24,950 nt of DNA from Candidatus Hydrothermarchaeales archaeon (GTDB lineage Archaea; Hydrothermarchaeota; Hydrothermarchaeia; Hydrothermarchaeales; SZUA-236): the NCBI GenBank assembly GCA_036446635.1, contig JAZFTJ010000033.1, forward strand, positions 1 through 24,950, given 5' to 3'. The notes beneath the pieces were generated by a model. That model was not told where the DNA came from and did no database searches. It worked only from the letters and a program-made list of their open reading frames with translations. The position numbers and the translations under genes were made by a program. This document shows, piece by piece, positions 18,799-24,950 of this stretch (position 1 is its first letter; each line of letters starts with the position of its first letter).

Positions 18799-19976
18799 TG
18801 CATCCGAAATTAAAAAACTCTGCTTTAAAAAATATTGAAACCAACGTACTCTATAATTTCGTTGCAGACGAGCTATATGAGCTGGACGACGAATCATTCA
18901 ACTTCTTGGGCTATTGCACGGGAAGGAACAGTTTTTCAGAGATCATCGCAAAGTCAGGCTGTGATGAAAAGGAAGCAAGAAGTCTAATAGGATATCTTCA
19001 AGAAGAGAGATGCATCGAGTTTAAAAAAGACGATAATGCGGATGAAAAGTTCCAATTCCATGACAAAGTTACTCCATCACTTAGATATCTCCAGCTCCAC
19101 ATAACCGAGAAGTGCAATCTCGATTGCAAGCACTGCTATCTGGGCACTAAAGGACAAAAAGAACTTAGCCTAGATGTCATCGACAAAGTGATAAGAGAAT
19201 TTAGCCAAACAGGATTAAAGCTATTAATCACAGGCGGCGAACCCCTACTACACAGCAATGTCTGGGAAGTACTCAAAGCCGCTAAAAAACACCCCATAAG
19301 AGTAGAAGTTCTTTCAAACGGCACCCTGATAACTGAAGACCGAGCAAAAAAATTATCGAAGTACATAAACGGAATCCAAATAAGCATAGACGGACTCGAG
19401 AGGGGACATGATTCATTAAGAGGAAAAGGAGCATTTAAAAAAGCACTAAAAGGAGTAAAGGCTGCAAAAAAATACCTCAAAGTCACCGCAGCAACGATGA
19501 TCCATCAAGCCAACATAGACGAGTTTCCAGAGCTTGAGAAATTGATGAAAAACCTAGAAATTGACGAGTGGAGCATAGACCTACCCTCTGAAGCAGGAAA
19601 TATGGCAGCGAATTCAGACCTAAGCGTTGATTTTGAAACAGCCTCCAAGATCTTCAGAAGATACGGTTACAGCACAGGGATGCATCTCGGAGACAAAGGA
19701 TACTCATGCGGATCCCACATATGCTCAGTAAACGTCTTGGGCAACGTATCAAAATGCGGCTTTTTTACAGACACAGTTGGGAATACCAAAAAAGAAAACC
19801 TGATAGATTGCTGGAAAAAGATCATCGACAATTATACACCACGGCTTGAAGAACTAAAATGCAAAGAATGCAGATCACTAGAAGACTGTAGAGGCGGCTG
19901 CAGATACAGGGCATTAAAAGCAGACAGTTTCTTTGGAAAAGACCCCTTCATGTGCCATCTCTATCTCGAAGTCTAA
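18798..19976 (+). CDS. radical SAM / SPASM-domain peptide-modifying enzyme with N-terminal PqqD-like RRE
   Basis: The N-terminal ~85 aa (NVLYNFVADELYELDDESFNFLGYCTGRNSFSEIIAKSGCDEKEARSLIGYLQEERCIE) follow the PqqD/RRE pattern. The rSAM core has C-x3-C-x2-C (CNLDCKHC) plus LLITGGEPLL. The C-terminal SPASM cysteines are CGSHIC...KCGFF...CKECRSLEDCRGGCRYRA. The tracked ORF begins at GTG 18795; the ATG at 18798 is the likelier start. Confidence 0.85.
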   Translation: MHPKLKNSALKNIETNVLYNFVADELYELDDESFNFLGYCTGRNSFSEIIAKSGCDEKEARSLIGYLQEERCIEFKKDDNADEKFQFHDKVTPSLRYLQLHITEKCNLDCKHCYLGTKGQKELSLDVIDKVIREFSQTGLKLLITGGEPLLHSNVWEVLKAAKKHPIRVEVLSNGTLITEDRAKKLSKYINGIQISIDGLERGHDSLRGKGAFKKALKGVKAAKKYLKVTAATMIHQANIDEFPELEKLMKNLEIDEWSIDLPSEAGNMAANSDLSVDFETASKIFRRYGYSTGMHLGDKGYSCGSHICSVNVLGNVSKCGFFTDTVGNTKKENLIDCWKKIIDNYTPRLEELKCKECRSLEDCRGGCRYRALKADSFFGKDPFMCHLYLEV

Positions 19977-19993
19977 AAATTCTTGATTTCCCC

Positions 19994-20575
19994 TCATTCT
20001 CCGTTGAAGTCTCCGGCTGCCATGGTGTATATGGCGTTGCCGGATGTTGGTAGTACGTTTTGTATTGTTTGTGGTTGTGTTAGTCCGTCTGTTCCTGTTG
20101 CGTGGTAGAATACGTTTCCATCGTTTGTGGTGTAGATTAGTTCGTCTTTGCGAATTTCTACTTCAGGCGGGGGGGGCGTGGTTGTTGGAGGGGCTGTTGT
20201 TGGTGCTGTTGTTGTAGTGGGTGCTGTTGTTGTAGTGGGTGCTGTTGTTGTGGGGGTTGTTGTGGTTGTTGGAGGGGCTGTTGTTGGTGCAGGTGTTGTT
20301 GGTGCTGTTGTTGTTGGCGTTGGTGTGGTTGTGGGTAAGGGGCTTTCAGTGGGCAGGTTTAGGGGATCTGGGTCTTTGGCGTCGTTGATACCGTCTCCAT
20401 CTGTATCAGGGTTATTCGGGTTAGTGCCCATGGCCAGTTCCTCTGCATCACTTAATCCATCTTTGTCGCTGTCTATCTTGCTTTGACGTGTTGAAGGTGT
20501 AATGCAGCCAGAGAGAATCACCAGGACTAACAAAAGACCTATTATCGTCTTTATCTTCATCACCCTATAACCCAC
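19994..20575 (-). CDS. lipoprotein with DxDxDG Ca-binding (thrombospondin-type-3/dockerin-like) motifs and a Thr/Pro-rich linker
   Basis: Signal peptide with a lipobox-like LSGC (MKIKTIIGLLLVLVILSGC). DSDKDGLSDAEE and DTDGDGINDAKDPD are Ca-binding-type motifs. A ~70-aa PTTTAPTT low-complexity linker is followed by a ~55-aa C-terminal domain. Confidence 0.7.
   Translation of the reverse strand: MGYRVMKIKTIIGLLLVLVILSGCITPSTRQSKIDSDKDGLSDAEELAMGTNPNNPDTDGDGINDAKDPDPLNLPTESPLPTTTPTPTTTAPTTPAPTTAPPTTTTTPTTTAPTTTTAPTTTTAPTTAPPTTTPPPPEVEIRKDELIYTTNDGNVFYHATGTDGLTQPQTIQNVLPTSGNAIYTMAAGDFNGE
20190..20345. repeat. imperfect tandem nucleotide repeats (~21-bp unit gtgggtgctgttgttgtagtg and variants) encoding the Thr/Pro linker
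   Basis: Directly visible repeated units: ggtgctgttgttgtagtgggtgctgttgttgtagtgggtgctgttgttgtggg. Confidence 0.8.
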
Positions 20576-20599
20576 TTAGTTTTGCTGGATATTAATTTA

Positions 20600-21937
20600 T
20601 TATTCCTGAGAAGATAACGCGCCCTCATGGATTTTTATACCTTGCCCCATAAGATCTGAAGCCAGTGTTTCGATATCTTTTAGCAAAGTTTCTATTCTTT
20701 TCTCTCTTTCAGATCTTTCTTTGTCAATGTCTACTTCTTCTTTTTCAAGATCTTCTAGGCTTTCTTCGATCCCTCTCATCTTTTTTTGAAATCCCTCTAT
20801 TTCTGTAGAAATTTTAAGATCGGAAAGTTTGTCGATTAGGGACTTTTCTTTTCTGTTTATCTCCCCATCCTTCCCCCACATCTCTTTACAGTTTTTTTCT
20901 AAAAATTGTATCCTGTTCGCCATTTTGCTCTTTTCTTTGGCCTTTAGGTGTAGCTCTCCGCTTTGGATCGATTCTTTTGCTCCCTTTAGGATATTTAAAA
21001 GCGCCGGATTTCTTATATCCTCTAGGAGAAACGTTTGGTAAGGATGATCTATATAATCTCCACAGCGGCCTAGGTCTTCTTTTTTAAGTTGATAGGTCCC
21101 TTTTTCCGCTAACCTTCTGAATTTTTTGAAAACCCTCTTGAGAGGATGCAGCTGATTGTATATCTGTCCCTTCAATCTTGCCCTCTCTTCTTTCAGCGCT
21201 TCAACTTCTTTTTGTTTTGAAAGAAATTGTTGGAAAGCATCGCTTTTTTCTAAAGTTTTTAGCTTTTTTTCCAAGGAGGTTTTCTGTCTTTTCAATTTCT
21301 TTCTTTTATCCTTCAACTCTTTTTTCGTAGTCGTCGTTTCCAATTTCTTTTCTTTGTTGGTTTTTATTTCTCTTATATTTGAAGAGATATCTTCTAAGGT
21401 GGCAAGGTTTTCTTCTTTTTCCTCAATGATCTCTTTGAGTTTGTTTGAGAGGTCGATGAGGGAATTCAGTTCAGTCCCAAGCATCAGCATCTCCTCCCTG
21501 TAGCCGAATGCCACATGCCTACCAGGGCCGCGTTGGAAGCTGCCGATACTTTTTAACGAGTTTACAAATGATCTTTGAAACGATAATAGGTTTTCATAAT
21601 CCTGGAATTCTTTGGGCTTAATGTGGCGGAGAGCTTCCCTCATGCCTTTCACAAATATGGGCTTTGCGGTCTTAACGGGTTTGTACATCCGCTTTTCGAT
21701 CTCTTCGGAGAATTTTTTCTCATCTATCTTTTTTAAGATCTTGACAGCATCATCTCTAACTTCCTCTATCTCCTTGGTTATCGGGTTGCATTCTTCAACC
21801 CCCCCCTCCTCTTCTCTCTGTATTTCATTCTCTACCCAGGATTCAAGTTCATCAAGACCCATAGATCGAGCGATTTCTGCCTCCTCTTTCTTTTCAAAGA
21901 CATCCTTTAACTTTTCAAATATGCCCAAGGCCGCCAC
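20600..21937 (-). CDS. large coiled-coil protein, hypothetical
   Basis: 445 aa. Extended E/K/L-rich heptad-like segments (KKELKDKRKKLKRQKTSLEKKLKTLEK...). No enzymatic motif was recognised. Confidence 0.55.
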   Translation of the reverse strand: MAALGIFEKLKDVFEKKEEAEIARSMGLDELESWVENEIQREEEGGVEECNPITKEIEEVRDDAVKILKKIDEKKFSEEIEKRMYKPVKTAKPIFVKGMREALRHIKPKEFQDYENLLSFQRSFVNSLKSIGSFQRGPGRHVAFGYREEMLMLGTELNSLIDLSNKLKEIIEEKEENLATLEDISSNIREIKTNKEKKLETTTTKKELKDKRKKLKRQKTSLEKKLKTLEKSDAFQQFLSKQKEVEALKEERARLKGQIYNQLHPLKRVFKKFRRLAEKGTYQLKKEDLGRCGDYIDHPYQTFLLEDIRNPALLNILKGAKESIQSGELHLKAKEKSKMANRIQFLEKNCKEMWGKDGEINRKEKSLIDKLSDLKISTEIEGFQKKMRGIEESLEDLEKEEVDIDKERSEREKRIETLLKDIETLASDLMGQGIKIHEGALSSQE

Positions 21938-22018
21938 CTACGGTATGGTGAAGGATGCAACTAATTAAAATATCTATCTTAATACGTGGAAGTTAGAAAA
22001 AGGAGAAATTTTGTATCT

Positions 22019-24724
22019 CTATTTGATCGACTTGGCGATCTTGGGATCCAAATCAGGGAACTTTGCCAGCCACTCAGTACGCTCCCCCGCCAATTCTTCA
22101 ACATATCTATCTATCTCTTCGGGGGTATAAAATTTGGACGGATCGAATTTAGACATGTCAACCCCTTCAACTTCCTCCGGGATCATGGTCCCGAAGTAAG
22201 GTTCTTTCTTCCATTTAATGGAGTTTCTGGCGATCCCCCTTATGATAGCCGCCATCTCTGGGATCTCTACCCTCAAAACCTTCCGTCTCATGATCTTATT
22301 TCCATCCACATCCTTTTCCATGATCTCCCCTGCACCTCCTGTGTTCAGGAGATAGCATTGTACATTTGGAAAACTCTTTATGATTTCATAGAACATGTTC
22401 CCTTCCTCGGTTTCATCTCCAACGATGAATGGATTCGTCCCAACAACCCTTACAGACTCGCCAACCCTTCTCGGGTCACTGCCAGTAGACTCTATTGATT
22501 CACCCAGCATGAATGCAGCCGCTGCCTGTTCAACGGTTAATTTCGAGGCAATAGGCACAATTGTGTTTCTGCGGGTGATAAATGCAATAATCATGCCATC
22601 AAGCTCAGAAATTGGTGGCAAGTTGATGCTTTCAGATCTGGATTCACCGAACTCCTGCCACTGCATAATCCCTCTTGCATTTCCAGTCAAAGTTTCATCA
22701 CCGAAATACACATCCCCCTTATAATCTACTGCGACGTTCTCAAAAATGGCGTTGGGTTTTGTTACGGCATTGTATATTAATGGTTGGATGTCGGAGGTTA
22801 CGCCCTCAGTCTTTAGATAAAAACCTCGTTCTGTTCCCAAAGCTGAGCAGTCTTTTTTCATGAAGACGACATCGTCTTGGGTGATGCCTATGCCCTCTCC
22901 ATTTTCTGTAAGCCCATGGTTGTGACAGGAGTGGGTTGTCTTACCGGTCGCAGTCAATCCTAAAATGAGCATGCTGTATCTTTTTATCTTCCCCGTCTTT
23001 GCGTCTCGTGCCTTAAGTATCTTAGATCCGGCGTGTAGGCCTAGCATTCCCTGTTGTTTGGCATTCCACATAGCCATTCGCAGGAAGCCCTTCTTTGCTT
23101 CTCCGTAGTAGTCGGTTCCCAAGACAAACGTAACTCCGATCTCAGGGAATACCAGGATCTGCCGGTCCTTCTCCTGCCATTCAGGTATGTAGATTAGATA
23201 CTCATCTGGAGCATTTGTTTTCTTGGAGGTTGGCGCAAAAAGTGTTTGGTTGACCATGTGAGCGAGCCTGATCATCTCATTTCTATGTGTTGAGACGTAT
23301 AGGGTGCAGTGCGGGCTGAAGTCTGGGTCGTCGCCCATGGCTCTCTCGGTACATACTAAAGGTGCGTTTTTCAGATACTTAAGAACTTCATCCACAGTTT
23401 TGGGAAGATTCTTGATGATCTCTCTTTGTCTGGGATTCAGTTTAGATTGTGTAACCCTCTCTGAGCCAACATAAACAGTAAGGGGTGCGCTTCTGTTCTT
23501 GACTGTGGAGACAAAATTGTAGTTTCCGAACTTGGTTTTTGTGCCGTATTGTTCTGCGTCTTCTTTTATCTCTTCTGGTGAGGGATGACGAACGTTTGGT
23601 CTGTCGTAAAGCTTTATGACCGACTTTTTTACCTTTTCCAAGTCCACCAGGGATTCATGGCTTTTCTCGGATTTCTTTATCTCAACCACTTTCTCTGTGA
23701 GGGGACGAGTGTACTCTCTGGACGTGATGATGTTTTTTACTCTCTTCTGCACATCGAAGAGGGGTTTTGACGTATTCAAGCTATAGCAGGCTACGACTTC
23801 TAGGAGATCTTGGTAGAATTCTCGGTACAAGGATTTCCTTTCATCGTCTATCACAAGGATATGTGGGTTGAAGAAGGGCTCAGGAGAATTCTCTAAAAGT
23901 TCGAGTGCTTCTTCTGTGTTCAGTCTCCTTGATATGTCGGGGTCTTTTGGGTTTGGGTTTAATAAAAACAAGACTTTGATCCTTGTTGTATTCACATATT
24001 TCTCTCTGCCACCGATCCACATTGGATCTAGGATCACGTATTCTTCGTCTGATTTGGATCGTTTGAAGATCTCATTTAGGTGGGGGTGTATTTTTCCCAC
24101 ATCTTTTTTGACGTAAAACTTTCTCTCCGAGACATGGGTGGATATCCTCCCTTTTTTCCCTCCCAACCGTTCTAAGTAGATCAATTCGTCGGAATGGATC
24201 CTTGCCCAATCTAATTCAAGAAGTAGGAATGTATGTGTGTATTTGCCGGAACCCAAGGGTCCGCTGAAAACGACTCCTTCGCCGTTAATGTCAACGAGGG
24301 AGCCTCTTAGGAAATGGATCTCTTCTTCTTTCTCAGAGATGTTAAGCACTATTCCTATGGCCAGTGATCTGATCTTTTCGTAGAAGTCTATGTTTATGAC
24401 GATCCCGGTCTTTGATCCTGGATGGTAGTATATCCCTGGCTTGGTGTCTGGTATTCCGGTTATCGCGTATATGACTCCGTGGGATCTCATATTTTCGTCA
24501 ACAGATGCTGGGAACCAGGTCTCTTTCCAGAAGTCGTCTAGGTGGGGGTTGTTGGTTCGTAGTTGGATTATGTTGCCGTTTATGTTTGCATTCCAGACAT
24601 ATAGGGTGTCATAGCTGAGGTATCTCTCGGCCAGTTTGAGCAGTTTATTTCTTTTTGTTAGTGTGATGTGATATTTTGTTTGAATTTCTTTTCCGGCTTT
24701 TTTTTGTGAAATTTTTTTAGACAT
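22019..24724 (-). CDS. pckA: PEP carboxykinase (ATP-type) fused to a ~330-aa N-terminal module carrying a degenerate P-loop
   Basis: The C-terminal ~520 aa align motif-by-motif with E. coli PckA. GTDYYGEAKKGF matches GGTWYGGEMKKGMF. LILGLTATGKTTHS matches kinase-1a FFGLSGTGKTTLS. QPLIYNAV matches EPEIYNAI. YLLNTGGAGE matches YLVNTGWNGT. The N-terminal module contains VVFSGPLGSGKYTHTF at residues ~151-166. It is a single continuous 901-aa ORF. Confidence 0.8.
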   Translation of the reverse strand: MSKKISQKKAGKEIQTKYHITLTKRNKLLKLAERYLSYDTLYVWNANINGNIIQLRTNNPHLDDFWKETWFPASVDENMRSHGVIYAITGIPDTKPGIYYHPGSKTGIVINIDFYEKIRSLAIGIVLNISEKEEEIHFLRGSLVDINGEGVVFSGPLGSGKYTHTFLLLELDWARIHSDELIYLERLGGKKGRISTHVSERKFYVKKDVGKIHPHLNEIFKRSKSDEEYVILDPMWIGGREKYVNTTRIKVLFLLNPNPKDPDISRRLNTEEALELLENSPEPFFNPHILVIDDERKSLYREFYQDLLEVVACYSLNTSKPLFDVQKRVKNIITSREYTRPLTEKVVEIKKSEKSHESLVDLEKVKKSVIKLYDRPNVRHPSPEEIKEDAEQYGTKTKFGNYNFVSTVKNRSAPLTVYVGSERVTQSKLNPRQREIIKNLPKTVDEVLKYLKNAPLVCTERAMGDDPDFSPHCTLYVSTHRNEMIRLAHMVNQTLFAPTSKKTNAPDEYLIYIPEWQEKDRQILVFPEIGVTFVLGTDYYGEAKKGFLRMAMWNAKQQGMLGLHAGSKILKARDAKTGKIKRYSMLILGLTATGKTTHSCHNHGLTENGEGIGITQDDVVFMKKDCSALGTERGFYLKTEGVTSDIQPLIYNAVTKPNAIFENVAVDYKGDVYFGDETLTGNARGIMQWQEFGESRSESINLPPISELDGMIIAFITRRNTIVPIASKLTVEQAAAAFMLGESIESTGSDPRRVGESVRVVGTNPFIVGDETEEGNMFYEIIKSFPNVQCYLLNTGGAGEIMEKDVDGNKIMRRKVLRVEIPEMAAIIRGIARNSIKWKKEPYFGTMIPEEVEGVDMSKFDPSKFYTPEEIDRYVEELAGERTEWLAKFPDLDPKIAKSIK

Positions 24725-24950
24725 TCCTTAACATTCCTCGTTATTGATTGATTTAGCATATAGCATATTTTCTAGTTATATGACATTATTACCATCGGTT
24801 AATCGATTGGTAAATAATGATAAAAAAGACTTCCCCCCCCTTAAAAGTAAGGTTGCCAGATATAATGGTCGGTTCTATTTTGTGATTATACAAAACTCAT
24901 TTAAGCCGTTACGCCACTATGCGTATTAATTATTTTGTATATACACTATA

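Noticed and set aside
20148-20486. 112-aa plus-strand ORF made of GGAVVG repeats
   Set aside because: It is the antisense reading of the Thr/Pro-repeat linker of the minus-strand lipoprotein. Low-complexity repeats give open frames on both strands.
21156-21968. Two plus-strand ORFs of 115 and 118 aa
   Set aside because: Antisense shadows of the 445-aa coiled-coil gene. S/F-rich low-complexity sequence, no motifs.
21986-22498. 170-aa plus-strand ORF
   Set aside because: Antisense to the C-terminal end of the PEPCK gene, whose homology is unambiguous.

Overview
This is an archaeal window that is AT-rich outside the rRNA and resembles Methanosarcinales/ANME-type genomes.

It opens with the 5' ~900 nt of a 16S rRNA on the minus strand, running off the left edge. 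The archaeal 5' end ATTCCGGTTGATCCTGCCGGAGG maps to about 903, and the 515F-region and GGGGGAGCAC motifs are visible.

Housekeeping and accessory genes follow: two coiled-coil proteins, a DUF59 Fe-S assembly protein, NadC, a rubrerythrin-like ferritin, a stand-alone LigD 3'-phosphoesterase domain, and a tandem pair of zinc-ribbon membrane proteins.

The centre of the window (5.7-12.9 kb, minus strand) is a tightly packed six-gene signal-transduction operon, RR / 3xPAS-HK / RR / hybrid REC-PAS-HK / RR / large HK. The large HK has an extracellular DOMON/CBM9-like domain carrying a CX3CH heme-c-type motif.

A stomatin gene and a three-gene cytochrome module lie divergently from it: an octaheme cytochrome c (8 CxxCH), a membrane-anchored dihaem cytochrome c (CxxCH + CX4CH), and a cytochrome b.

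A ~1.2 kb zone of genomic debris sits at 17.0-18.2 kb. It contains a decayed, frameshifted duplicate of the RR and HK N-terminus found at 7.7-8.4 kb.

The most interesting locus is at 18.5-20.0 kb. Two unannotated small Cys-containing peptide ORFs lie directly upstream of a radical-SAM/SPASM enzyme that carries an N-terminal PqqD-like RiPP-recognition element. The second peptide's stop overlaps the enzyme's start. This is a candidate archaeal RiPP-type peptide-modification system.

The window ends with a lipoprotein that has DxDxDG calcium-binding motifs and a tandem-repeat-encoded Thr/Pro linker, a 445-aa coiled-coil protein, and a 901-aa ORF. The 901-aa ORF fuses a complete ATP-type PEP carboxykinase to a ~330-aa N-terminal module with a degenerate PEPCK/HprK-like P-loop.

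No CRISPR array, tRNA or intact transposase was seen.
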